The notes under the pieces: model-generated
Seen by the model: the letters and a program-made list of their open reading frames with translations, nothing else
Databases searched by the model: none
What the model was told of the DNA's origin: nothing
Shown here: piece after piece, positions 55,346 through 64,000 of the stretch
Layout: each line of letters opens with the position of its first letter
Position numbering within the stretch: the stretch's first letter is position 1
Made by a program: the position numbers and the translations under genes
Assembly (NCBI GenBank): GCA_050730175.1
Contig: JBOHMN010000387.1
Span: forward strand, 13,336-77,335
DNA length: 64,000 nucleotides
Direction of reading: 5' to 3'
Source of the DNA: Acetobacteraceae bacterium
GTDB taxonomy: Bacteria; Pseudomonadota; Alphaproteobacteria; Acetobacterales; Acetobacteraceae

Positions 55346-56608
55346 ATGTCCAAAGCAAACGATATCGGCGTCGAGGCTGCGATGCAGCAAGTCGACGATG
55401 CCTGCGCAGACTATCTGGTCGGCCAGATCAACCGGCGGGAGCTGCTTGCCGTCGGCGCGCGATTGGGGGTCGGGGTGTCGGTGCTGGCTTCTGCAGCCGG
55501 GGCGCTCGCGATTACGCGCCCGGCGCTGGCTGCCGGGAGCACCGCCGAGGAGATCATGGCACGCATCCACATGCCCTACATCGCGACCCACGATGCTCCC
55601 GCTCCAGGCGACCGAACAATGGTGCCGGCTGGCAAATACAAGAAGCCCGGGCCGTGGACGATCGGATTCAGCAACAATTATTCCAGCAATTCCTGGCGCA
55701 CCAACATGCTATGGTGCCTGCGATACTACGCGACGCAACACAAGGATAAGATCAAGAAGTTCTACTATACCGATTCCAACCAGAGCATTCCACAGCAGAT
55801 CTCTGACATGCAGTCTCTGCAGGCGCGCGGCGCGGATGTCGTCTTGCTGGAACCCGGTGCCGGTACATCGCTCAATGCCATCATCACCAGGATTTCCGCA
55901 GCGGGCATTCCCGTCGTGCCGTTCGACGGCGTTGTGCAGGGCGCGCCCTATGCGCTGTGGGTCGGCATGAACCTCCGCTATATCGGAACCGCGAGCGCCG
56001 CCTTCCTGATCAACAAGCTGAGCAACAAGGGCAACATCCTGATTTGCCGGGGGATGGCCGGCAACCTGATCGACACATTGTGGTGGAGCGATGCAGAAAA
56101 GCTGATCCACGCGAGTGACTTGAAAATCATCGGTCAGGTCTACACCAACTGGGACTTTGCCACGGCAAAGTCTAACGTGAGCAAGTTCCTCGCCTCGCAC
56201 CCCGGCGAAATCCACGGCGTCTGGAACGAGAACGGCGGCGCGGCGATGGGCGTCATCGAGGCATTCCAGGAAGCCGGGCGAACCGTCCCGCCGACGATGG
56301 GGGATCAGAACAACGGATTCCTCAAAAAGTGGCAGGAGCTGGCGAAAAAGTCCGGCTACGAGGCGCACGGTTATATCTATCCGACGTGGCTGAGTTCCAA
56401 TGCGCTTGCCGCTGCGTTCAAGATCCTGGCCGGCGAACCCGTCTATCATGAGGATTTTCGCCCGCAGCTCGTGATCACCAACGATAATCTCGCGAAGTAC
56501 GTGCGGCCGAACCTGCCGGCCAGTTATTTCAGCGCCGACTATCTGCCCGACGATTGGGTGAAAAAAATGTACAGCGAGAAAATCAACTTCAACATTCATG
56601 CCTCCTGA
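55346..56608 (+). CDS. sugar-type ABC substrate-binding protein, paralog of 15903..16940
   Basis: ORF 55211..56608 trimmed to the ATG at 55346, preceded by SD aaggag. Twin-arginine-like NRRELLAVGARLGVGVSVLASAAGALA, about 27 aa from the start. Shares IG.SN....N.WR, GVW and D.NNGF with the first SBP. Confidence 0.85.
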   Translation: MSKANDIGVEAAMQQVDDACADYLVGQINRRELLAVGARLGVGVSVLASAAGALAITRPALAAGSTAEEIMARIHMPYIATHDAPAPGDRTMVPAGKYKKPGPWTIGFSNNYSSNSWRTNMLWCLRYYATQHKDKIKKFYYTDSNQSIPQQISDMQSLQARGADVVLLEPGAGTSLNAIITRISAAGIPVVPFDGVVQGAPYALWVGMNLRYIGTASAAFLINKLSNKGNILICRGMAGNLIDTLWWSDAEKLIHASDLKIIGQVYTNWDFATAKSNVSKFLASHPGEIHGVWNENGGAAMGVIEAFQEAGRTVPPTMGDQNNGFLKKWQELAKKSGYEAHGYIYPTWLSSNALAAAFKILAGEPVYHEDFRPQLVITNDNLAKYVRPNLPASYFSADYLPDDWVKKMYSEKINFNIHAS

Positions 56609-56662
56609 ACGGAGGGCAGAAGTGAACCCGCGGCCGGCGATGCGACGCCGGCCGCAACGGGG

Positions 56663-57667
56663 TTGGCGGTGGTGAGCCAGGAGAGAAGCGAGCAAAGGGC
56701 CCTGCGCGGACTGGTCGCGACGCCGCCGGCCAGGCTTGGCTCGCAACTCGTCCGCCTGCGACGGCTTGGCGTCTATGGCGGCATCCTGATCCTCTTCATC
56801 ATCGCCGCCGTGCTGCGGCCGGCCTTGCTCATACCCGGACAACTGCTTGCGATCACGAAGGTCGCCTCGGTGCTTGGCATCCTTGCCGTCGGGCAGACAT
56901 TCGTCACGGTTTCCCGCGGCTTCGACATTTCGCAGGCGGGCATGATCGCCCTGGTGATCGTGCTTTCGAACATGACGATGAACGGCAATCCGCACGCGAT
57001 CGCACCCGCCATCGTGCTTTGCCTGATCGCCTGTCTCGTCGTCGGCATTGTCAACGGCCTCCTGGTTGTCGTGCTCCGCATCCCATCGATCGTCGCGACG
57101 CTCGGCACCTTCTCGGTCACCACGGGTGGCGCGGTGATCTATTCGGGCGGCGTGCCGACAGGTTCCATCCCGGCGGCCTTCCGCGTGATCGGGCAGGGGC
57201 ATCTCGGGCTCTTGCCGGTCTCCACGTTGATCTGGATTATCGTGACGCTCCTGGCCGGGCTCTATCTGCACCGCACGGTGGGCGGGCGCTCGCTGCTCGC
57301 GTGCGGGTCCAACCTCGCGACCGCACGGCAATCGGGCATCAACGTGCTTTTCTACGGCATTCTTCCGTATGTGCTCTCTGCGCTCGCGGCGTTCTGTGGC
57401 GGGTTGGTCTTCGCAGCCTATATGGGGCTGCCCGACCTGCAAGTGAGTTCGCTCTACGTGCTGGGGCCGATCGCCGCCGCTGTGCTTGGCGGCACGAGCC
57501 TCGCCGGCGGTGAAGGCACCATGCTCGGCACCTCGGCCGGAGCATTCTTCCTCACCTTTCTCTCGGCGCTGATCATCTCATTCAATCTGCCGGAAGGTGT
57601 CAGGATGATGATCACCGGGGTGATCATCGTGGTCGCTATCTATGCTTCGCAGAAGGAGGCGGCATAA
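56663..57667 (+). CDS. ABC transporter permease (second TMD)
   Basis: 334 aa hydrophobic protein. TTG start in the track, so the exact start is uncertain. Confidence 0.85.
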   Translation: MAVVSQERSEQRALRGLVATPPARLGSQLVRLRRLGVYGGILILFIIAAVLRPALLIPGQLLAITKVASVLGILAVGQTFVTVSRGFDISQAGMIALVIVLSNMTMNGNPHAIAPAIVLCLIACLVVGIVNGLLVVVLRIPSIVATLGTFSVTTGGAVIYSGGVPTGSIPAAFRVIGQGHLGLLPVSTLIWIIVTLLAGLYLHRTVGGRSLLACGSNLATARQSGINVLFYGILPYVLSALAAFCGGLVFAAYMGLPDLQVSSLYVLGPIAAAVLGGTSLAGGEGTMLGTSAGAFFLTFLSALIISFNLPEGVRMMITGVIIVVAIYASQKEAA

Positions 57668-57775
57668 AGCGAGCCGCCAGAACGATGATTGCCGCCATCG
57701 TCGTCCTGCCCGGAGCGGGCGCGCAACCATCGGCGAACCCTGCCAGGCGCGTACCGCGGCAAGCCTGCTGCTCGC

Positions 57776-58252
57776 TCAGCTCTCGGCGCGGTCGACCCAC
57801 GGGATGCGGCTGACGGAGATGCCGTCTTCGCTCAATGCTTCGGCGTCTTCGGCGCTGGCCTCGCCGTAGATGCCTCGGCGCTCACTCTCCCCACGGTGGA
57901 TGCGTCGTGCCTCGTCCGCGAAGCTCGGGCCCACATAGTCGCATTTGCTCTCGATTTCGGCCCGCATGCGCTGCAGTACCGCCCGCATCTGGTCCGGCAT
58001 GTTCTGGTCACTGACGACCTTGCCGGCCTCCTTTGCAGCATCCGGTGCCGGTACCCGTGCCGGAGCCGGGGGTGCGGGTGGTGCGGCGGCCCGCGGTAGC
58101 GCGGGCGCCATCAATGCCCGGGCGACATCGCGATCGCCGCACAGCGGGCACTCCACCTGGCCGTGCTTGACCTGGCGATCGAACGTGCTGCTGTCCTTGA
58201 ACCAGCCGTCGAACTCGTGGCCACTACTGCAGCGAACCTGGTAATGAATCAT
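57776..58252 (-). CDS. DUF1178 family zinc-ribbon protein
   Basis: 158 aa starting MIHYQVRCSSGHEFDGWFKDSSTFDRQ and containing CPLCG. Confidence 0.85.
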   Translation of the reverse strand: MIHYQVRCSSGHEFDGWFKDSSTFDRQVKHGQVECPLCGDRDVARALMAPALPRAAAPPAPPAPARVPAPDAAKEAGKVVSDQNMPDQMRAVLQRMRAEIESKCDYVGPSFADEARRIHRGESERRGIYGEASAEDAEALSEDGISVSRIPWVDRAES

Positions 58253-58557
58253 GGTTTGGCCAGCATAGTAGCGCTACCGAGCTTCCGGTCCAGCTCACCG
58301 CTGGCCGCGAGGAGGGCCAGCTCATCCGAGCCGCCGATCGGCTCTCCGCCGATGAAAATCTGCGGCACCGTGGTGCGGCCGCCGGAGCGGCGAATGGCGT
58401 CTGCGCGCTCCGCGCTGCCGTGCGGGGCGAGGATTTCCCGAAACGGCACCCCCTTCGTCGCAAGCAGGCGCTTCGCACGTGCACAGTACGAGCACGCGGG
58501 CTGCGTATAGATTTCAATCTCGAGTGTCAGTGCGTCCAAGGTCGCCGGTTCCATCAT
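58249..58557 (-). CDS. grxC: glutaredoxin 3
   Basis: ORF trimmed to MMEPATL. Contains IEIYTQPACSYCARAKRLL, TVPQIFIGGEPIGG and the active site CSYC. ATGA overlap with the DUF1178 gene. Confidence 0.88.
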   Translation of the reverse strand: MMEPATLDALTLEIEIYTQPACSYCARAKRLLATKGVPFREILAPHGSAERADAIRRSGGRTTVPQIFIGGEPIGGSDELALLAASGELDRKLGSATMLAKP

Positions 58558-58640
58558 TTGCCCCCCGGGCCGGTAGATATGGGGTCGGCATGCCCGGCGT
58601 CGAGCCGGGTGCGCAACGCAGCGCCACGGTGCCGGCATGG

Positions 58641-59390
58641 TCAGTCCAGACGAGGGTCCGCGACGCGGGCCGCAGCCAACACGTCGATTGCTGCGGCACC
58701 GGCCTGCCGCAGTGTTTGTGTGCAGGCGTTCACCGTTGCACCTGAGGTCAGCACGTCGTCGATCAAAACCACGCGCTTGCCACGGACCTCACGCTCGCGG
58801 GACGCGCGGACGGCGAACGCATTGCTGACCTCGAGAGCGCGCGCGGCAGCCGAAAGCTCGCCGAGTGGCACAGTCACGCGGATGCGCACCAGCGCGTCAG
58901 GCAGGAAGGGAAGGGAGGCCCGGTGGGCGACGGCGCGCGCCAGAAGAGCTGCCTGGTTGTAGCGCCTGGCGAACAGCCGGCGCCGATGCAATGGGACCGG
59001 CACCAGGAGTTCGGCCGTACGCAGCAACGCCGCTCCGGCGCGCGCCATGTGCATGGCGAGAACGTCGGCAAGCTCGGTGCGGTCGGCGTATTTGAGGGCC
59101 AGGATCAGCCGCGCCGCCGCCGCGTCGTAGAGAAACGCTGCGCGGGCACTGTCGAACAGGGGTGGTTGCGCCCGGCAAGCCGCGCAAAGTCCGGCGCGTC
59201 CGCCGCTCAGCCGCGAAACGAACGGCACGCCACAGCGGCGACAAAGCGGCTCGGCGAGGAAGGTCAGCGCACTGAAACATCCGGCGCACATCAGGCCAGG
59301 GCTGCCGACCGGGGCATCACAGCTCGGGCAGGTCGGTGGTAGCAGAATATCGAACGCAGCCCTGCTCGCGCCGCCCGCGAATCGAAGCAT
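58641..59390 (-). CDS. comF: ComF-family phosphoribosyltransferase-domain protein
   Basis: Double zinc ribbon CPSC...CAGC...CRRCG. PRT motif VVLIDDVLTSGAT. Start trimmed to the ATG at 59390 to remove overlap with the upstream gene. Confidence 0.85.
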   Translation of the reverse strand: MLRFAGGASRAAFDILLPPTCPSCDAPVGSPGLMCAGCFSALTFLAEPLCRRCGVPFVSRLSGGRAGLCAACRAQPPLFDSARAAFLYDAAAARLILALKYADRTELADVLAMHMARAGAALLRTAELLVPVPLHRRRLFARRYNQAALLARAVAHRASLPFLPDALVRIRVTVPLGELSAAARALEVSNAFAVRASREREVRGKRVVLIDDVLTSGATVNACTQTLRQAGAAAIDVLAAARVADPRLD

Positions 59391-59403
59391 GCGGGCAGCG
59401 TTC

Positions 59404-61005
59404 TCAGAGGCTCGCATGTCTGAGCGCCTCGCCAAACGCGACCGATGCCTCGTGTGCCGCTTGCTCCGGCAACCCGGTCTCCCACGCGAGATAGGCGCGC
59501 ATGGCAGCCGCGATACCGCTGCTCCGGTCGTACGGGCGGAGATGAACGTCGACAGAGGCCCGATCGGGCGGGTCGGCAGGCGTGACGCTGAGCTTCTGGC
59601 CCGCTGCGATCCAAGCCCTGGTGCCGCCCGTGAGCGCGCGGACCGGTGCCTCTGTCAAAGCTGCGAGCTCACCCGCGGTATGGCACGCGAGCCAGCCGTC
59701 CGGCGAGGTGACGACCACCCGCTGGGCGCTGGCCAAAGCGGTAACCAGCGCAGCGATGCGGGAGCGGATCGCCCAAAGCGCGCCTGGGATGTGGCCCGCG
59801 CGGAAGTCGAGGCTCCGCGCGCAATCGACAATCACCGTGCCTGGCTGGCCGTGCCAGGCAAGGAGTTCGGCAGCCGTGATGGCCTCCACGCTGGGCGGCT
59901 CCATTCGCCGCTCGGCTCCGGCTTCCAGCCGGCTTCGCGGCCCGGGCTCGAGCGCGCCGTCGACGACGCACACGTCCCACGGGCCCATCTGCCGAAGCCA
60001 GCCGCCTGCCATTCGTGCGCGTACGCCGGTGTCGTCAATCAGCACAATGCAAGCCCCGCGCACGGCGATCCAATGATCCGTCGCCTGGACGAGTTGACCG
60101 CCCGGCGCGCTTCGGCTCCCGGGAAGGTGCCCGGCAAGATATTCCTCGGGGCTCCGCACATCGAGCAGATAGAGCGTTCGTGCTGGGTCAGCGGAGAGCG
60201 TCGCCAACTGCCCTCGATCGATCACACGAACGCCCATCTCCCTGGCAAAGCGAGCGGCGCGCGCCAACGCCAGTGCCAGCGAGGCGGGCGTGCCCGGAGT
60301 GTAGCGGCGGCTCGCGCCACGCTCACAGGCGAAGCCAGCGAGCTCCCAGCCCATGGTGCCATTGCGCAGCGCGACCACCTTGTTCGGAATGCCGGCTCTG
60401 CGCAGGCTTTCCGCGCCGAGGATGCTGCGCGTGCGGCCCGCACAGTTGACGACGACGAGCGTTGCCGGATCGGGCGCAAGATCGGCGATGCGGTAAACCA
60501 GCTCCCCACCCGGTACGCTGATGCCGCCCGGGATATTCATCCGCCCGAATTCCTCGAACGTGCGGGCATCAAAGATCAGCATCTGCGTTCCGGTATCGCA
60601 GCATTGCTTCAGTTCGGTCGCATCGATGCTTTCGGTCGCATAGTGTTGCTCTACCCACTCGCCGAATGCCTTGGAGGGCACGTTGATACCATTGAAAAGT
60701 GCGAAGCCTGCGCCGCGCCAAGCCTCGATTCCGCCGCCGAGCAGGGAAACATCATGAAAGCCCAGGCGTTCCAGCGTCGCGGCAAGGCGCTCGGCATGAC
60801 CCAGGCCGGCGTCCACGGCAACCACCGGCACGCTCCGGCGAGGCAGGAGCTGCGGAGCGATCAGATCCGCGATGGAAAGCGGACACGGAACCGCCCAGAA
60901 CAGGTGCGCTTGGCCGAATTCGCCCATCTCGCGGGCATCGAGAATGGCGAGTTCGCTCCGCTCCCCAAGCCGTTGCGCAAGCACCTCGGGTGTGATGATG
61001 CGCAT
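59404..61005 (-). CDS. four-domain rhodanese-like sulfurtransferase
   Basis: 533 aa with four rhodanese-like repeats. Only repeat 2 has a catalytic loop (VNCAGRTRS). The equivalent positions in repeats 1, 3 and 4 carry Asp or other residues. Confidence 0.82.
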   Translation of the reverse strand: MRIITPEVLAQRLGERSELAILDAREMGEFGQAHLFWAVPCPLSIADLIAPQLLPRRSVPVVAVDAGLGHAERLAATLERLGFHDVSLLGGGIEAWRGAGFALFNGINVPSKAFGEWVEQHYATESIDATELKQCCDTGTQMLIFDARTFEEFGRMNIPGGISVPGGELVYRIADLAPDPATLVVVNCAGRTRSILGAESLRRAGIPNKVVALRNGTMGWELAGFACERGASRRYTPGTPASLALALARAARFAREMGVRVIDRGQLATLSADPARTLYLLDVRSPEEYLAGHLPGSRSAPGGQLVQATDHWIAVRGACIVLIDDTGVRARMAGGWLRQMGPWDVCVVDGALEPGPRSRLEAGAERRMEPPSVEAITAAELLAWHGQPGTVIVDCARSLDFRAGHIPGALWAIRSRIAALVTALASAQRVVVTSPDGWLACHTAGELAALTEAPVRALTGGTRAWIAAGQKLSVTPADPPDRASVDVHLRPYDRSSGIAAAMRAYLAWETGLPEQAAHEASVAFGEALRHASL

Positions 61006-61046
61006 GTTTGCGCGCCGCTCCTTCGCGGCAAACGTTAGAGAGGGAA

Positions 61047-61889
61047 ATGGCAGGGGTCAAAGACAGCGTGGGTGGCGTTCCGGAGGTTTTTGATCGCCTC
61101 GCCGTACGCAGCCATCGCGAGCGGGCCGCGGGCACCGTCGAGCGTGTCGCCCCGGTGCTCCGCGAGGCGGCGGAGCGGCTGGTCGGGCGGCTGGACGACA
61201 CGACACGACGGTTCACTTTTGCCCTCGACATTGGCGGGCGGGGCAGCGTCGCGCCGTTGCTCGCGCAACGCGGGATCACGGTTGTCCCGGCAGACCTTTC
61301 TCCGCGCATGGCCGCGCGGAACGGCGCACTGGCGGTCGCGGCGGACGAGGAATACCTGCCCTTTGCCGCCGGGACGTTCGACCTCGTCATTGCCAGCCTG
61401 TCGCTGCATTGGGCAAACGATCTGCCCGGTGTGCTCGTGCAAATCCGCGCTGTGCTCAAGCCGTACGGCTTGTTTCTGGCAAGCCTGCCGGTGCTCGGCA
61501 CGCTCGATCCGCTGCGCACCGCGCTGGCCGAAGCGGCGGCGGCACTCGGCACCGAGGTCGCACCGCGCATCTCGCCTTTCCCCACCCTCCGCGATTGCGC
61601 AGCACTTTTGCAGCGTGCCGGGTTTGCCTTGCCGGTCGTCGACCTCGATCGCATCAGCCTCGCCTATCAGGATCCGCTTGCGGCTCTTTACGATCTTCGG
61701 GCTGCCGGCGAAGCGAATGCCATCAGATTGCGCGACAAGCGAACCCCGCCGCGCGCGCTCTTCCCGCAAGCGCTCGCCGCGTTGCCGCTCCAGGAGCGGA
61801 AGATCACGCTCGAGATCGCCATGGCAATGCTGACTGGTTGGGCCGCACCCTTGCCGCAGCGCCACCCAGGTCGCGAGGTTCCGCGCTAG
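61047..61889 (+). CDS. class I SAM-dependent methyltransferase
   Basis: ORF trimmed to the ATG at 61047, preceded by SD gagaggga. Contains ALDIGGRG (motif I) and FDLVIASLSLHWANDLPG. The TAG stop lies inside repeat C. Confidence 0.82.
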   Translation: MAGVKDSVGGVPEVFDRLAVRSHRERAAGTVERVAPVLREAAERLVGRLDDTTRRFTFALDIGGRGSVAPLLAQRGITVVPADLSPRMAARNGALAVAADEEYLPFAAGTFDLVIASLSLHWANDLPGVLVQIRAVLKPYGLFLASLPVLGTLDPLRTALAEAAAALGTEVAPRISPFPTLRDCAALLQRAGFALPVVDLDRISLAYQDPLAALYDLRAAGEANAIRLRDKRTPPRALFPQALAALPLQERKITLEIAMAMLTGWAAPLPQRHPGREVPR

Positions 61890-61990
61890 AGCAGATCGCG
61901 CTTGACCGGAATCGCGAAGCGACTCAGGAGCGCGTGAACCTGCCCGGAAAACCAAAAGGGGAGCATGTTCAGTCGACCTGACCATGCTCT
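61886..61990 (+). repeat. composite palindromic intergenic repeat, type 2, copy C
   Basis: Starts CTAGAGCAGATCGCGCTTGACCGGAATCGCG and ends GAGCATGTTCAGTCGACCTGACCATGCTC. Shares segments with both type 1 (39153, 48294) and the tandem element at 44938. Confidence 0.8.
61944..61989 (-). terminator. Rho-independent-type terminator for comEC, part of repeat C
   Basis: On the minus strand, a 7-bp stem GAGCATG / CATGCTC (61961-61967 / 61983-61989) is followed by CCCCTTTTGGTTTTCCGG. Confidence 0.45.
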
Positions 61991-62008
61991 GGTCCCCGCT
62001 CCCATTGA

Positions 62009-64000
62009 TTACTGCGCGGGCAGAGGAATCGTTGGTGCTGCCGGCAGTTTCTCGGCGTGCGCAGCGCTCCGCCCGACCCGGTGATGCCGCGGAACCGGAG
62101 GCACCCAGGGGCGATTGCCCCGGAGCGAGCGGTCCGAGACGATGCGCACATCCGCCCGCTCGAGCCAGAGCGCGTATGGCCCATTCCGCCAGACGCTGAA
62201 CCGATCGACGAAAGCCCGCCCACGCCCGGTGCAGCGGCGCCGGTCGGGGTGGGGAGAGATCACGACCGCGGCGCGTGGGCATGGGTCGGGCGCGGCGTCG
62301 GTCCGCAACAGCAACGCCGTGCTCTCGCCGGAACGTGGGCGAAACAGACAGAAATCGCGTGTGCAGCGGACAGCGCCTCCCGCCAGTACACCCGTTGCCG
62401 GCAGCCGACGATAAGTCGAGCCTGGCCAGAGTTCCCGCCAGGCATCGCGCGTGAAGCGCGAGGCGCCACGGCCAGTCTTCTCCACGAAGATGACCGACCG
62501 CGCATGCAACCCGATAAGCCCGGCAGTGCGCGACAACAGGATATCCGGCGGCCGCACGAGAGCGACGCTGGCCAGCCCGGCCACGATGAATGGAATACCG
62601 GCGAGCCTGAGCCGCGAGTGCCAGAGACAGAGCCAGCAGAGTCCGAGCGCGACGAGTCCGAGGCCCCAATCGGGCATGTGCGGCACGGCGATACGCGCTG
62701 CGGGCAGCGCAGAAACATGGCGTGCGAGGATCAGCAGCAGATGGATGCCCCATCCCATCGGCACCAGCGCCAGGCGCTCGAGGTGGAACGGCATCAGGGC
62801 GAGCGAGATGATGCCCGCGGGCATGACCAGCATCGCGGTGATTGGCACCGCAATCAGGTTTGCGAGCACGTAATAGACCTGGATCTGACCGAAGTGATAA
62901 GCCGCGAACGGTAGTGCCGCCGTGCCGGCCAGAAGACTGGTCAGCGCCAACCCCAACACGTGCATTCCGAAGCGCCGGCCCCGACCGCCCGAACCGTGCA
63001 GACGGGAAAGCCAGGGCTTGAGCGCCTCATAACCCGAGATCAGAACCAGCACGGCGGCGAAACTCATCTGAAAGCTGACCCCGACCGCCTCCGCAGGGAA
63101 GAGCAGCAAAAGGACCGTCGCCGCGAGCGCAAGGCCGCGCAGCGAGATGACCCGCCGGCCGGCGAGCAGCCCGGCAACGGCGAGCACGGCCATCGCGAAG
63201 CTCCGCATGATCGGCACGTGCATGCCGGTGAGCAGCATGTAGAGACCCCCGGCGCCGAGCGCGGCGACCGCGGCAAGCTGCTTGGTAGGCCAATAGAGCG
63301 TGGCGCGTTCGCTCAGGGCAAAGAGCACCCGGCTCACGATGAAAACGAAGCCCATGACGATTCCAATATGCAGTCCGGCGACGGCCAGGAGGTGGGCGAG
63401 ACCAGCGTCGCGGAAGGCGGCACGATCGGATTCGGGGATTGCGGTTGAAATGCCGCTCATCAGGGTCGCGGCGATCGCACCTTCCGGTCCGGCCAGGACG
63501 TGGCGCATTCGCCGCGCGATCGATTCACGCAGTGCCTCGAGCGCGCGCACCGGACCACCCGCTTCGTTCGCAAGCAGCTTCACCGGGCCGAGCGCGAAGC
63601 CGTAGCCGCCGAATCCCGAGAAGAAGGAAGAGCGCTCGACATCCCACGCGCCAGGCCAGGCGGGCGGGAAGGGCGGTTCGAGCAGTGCGCGCACGCGCAC
63701 CTCGTCACCGGAGACCACGGCGATCCGATCGTTGCGGCGCAACCGGATGCGAAGACGCCGCGCGATCGGTTGCGCGTCCCCAAGGCGCGGGTTGGCAATG
63801 GTGATGCGCGTCCCGTTCGGCAGCGGCTCGACCTCGGCAACGCGGCCGGTCACGACGGCCGCGTGCCGTGGCAGTGCGACGAGCGGTGGGGCGCGCCAGG
63901 TTGCCAGCTGCGCCGCAGCGAATCCAAGTCCGAAGCAGGCGGGGAGCAGCAGCGGCGCACCCATGAGCGGCCAGCGACGCATGAGAAATGCCGTTCCCAA
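62009..64000 (-). CDS. comEC: ComEC/Rec2-family membrane protein, 5' end outside window
   Basis: 663 aa open to the window edge. Has a many-TM competence-channel core and a C-terminal metallo-beta-lactamase-like region. Confidence 0.85.
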   Translation of the reverse strand: MGTAFLMRRWPLMGAPLLLPACFGLGFAAAQLATWRAPPLVALPRHAAVVTGRVAEVEPLPNGTRITIANPRLGDAQPIARRLRIRLRRNDRIAVVSGDEVRVRALLEPPFPPAWPGAWDVERSSFFSGFGGYGFALGPVKLLANEAGGPVRALEALRESIARRMRHVLAGPEGAIAATLMSGISTAIPESDRAAFRDAGLAHLLAVAGLHIGIVMGFVFIVSRVLFALSERATLYWPTKQLAAVAALGAGGLYMLLTGMHVPIMRSFAMAVLAVAGLLAGRRVISLRGLALAATVLLLLFPAEAVGVSFQMSFAAVLVLISGYEALKPWLSRLHGSGGRGRRFGMHVLGLALTSLLAGTAALPFAAYHFGQIQVYYVLANLIAVPITAMLVMPAGIISLALMPFHLERLALVPMGWGIHLLLILARHVSALPAARIAVPHMPDWGLGLVALGLCWLCLWHSRLRLAGIPFIVAGLASVALVRPPDILLSRTAGLIGLHARSVIFVEKTGRGASRFTRDAWRELWPGSTYRRLPATGVLAGGAVRCTRDFCLFRPRSGESTALLLRTDAAPDPCPRAAVVISPHPDRRRCTGRGRAFVDRFSVWRNGPYALWLERADVRIVSDRSLRGNRPWVPPVPRHHRVGRSAAHAEKLPAAPTIPLPAQ

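Overview
GC-rich chromosomal segment (roughly two-thirds G+C by eye) whose gene order looks alphaproteobacterial; that assignment is an inference from synteny. About half the window is the core translation/transcription super-cluster on the minus strand: rplK-rplA-rplJ-rplL-rpoB-rpoC (34650 to 23866) and rpsL-rpsG-tuf-S10/spc operons-secY-adk (13695 to 1). This cluster breaks conserved synteny in four ways. (1) A ~10 kb accessory block lies between rpoC and rpsL. It holds a decayed oxidoreductase fragment, two Gfo/Idh/MocA oxidoreductases, a sugar-type ABC importer, a xylose-isomerase-like TIM barrel and a tandem SRPBCC protein. (2) fusA is absent between rpsG and tuf. (3) secE-nusG are absent upstream of rplK, replaced by ~1.2 kb of unassigned DNA plus an orphan LivK-type binding protein. 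(4) rplA and rplJ overlap, so there is no L10 leader. The rest of the window holds housekeeping and accessory genes: map-radC, yejABEF, hisN, a di-haem cytochrome c, pheA, nudC, SRP RNA-dnaX-ybaB-recR, a second paralogous sugar ABC system, DUF1178-grxC-comF, a four-domain rhodanese protein, a SAM methyltransferase and a partial comEC. The structure not explained by genes is a family of ~105 bp composite palindromic intergenic repeats with four loci. They sit at gene 3' ends, look like portable terminators, and in two cases supply the TAG stop codon. I found no rRNA, tRNA, CRISPR array, IS element, integrase or recognisable defence system. The best candidate for undescribed biology is the regulator-less oxidoreductase/TIM-barrel/SRPBCC/ABC cluster, whose substrate is unknown. 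The many long ORFs antisense to known genes are treated as high-GC artefacts. The ORF track translates GTG and TTG starts as M, so several start coordinates were trimmed by hand.
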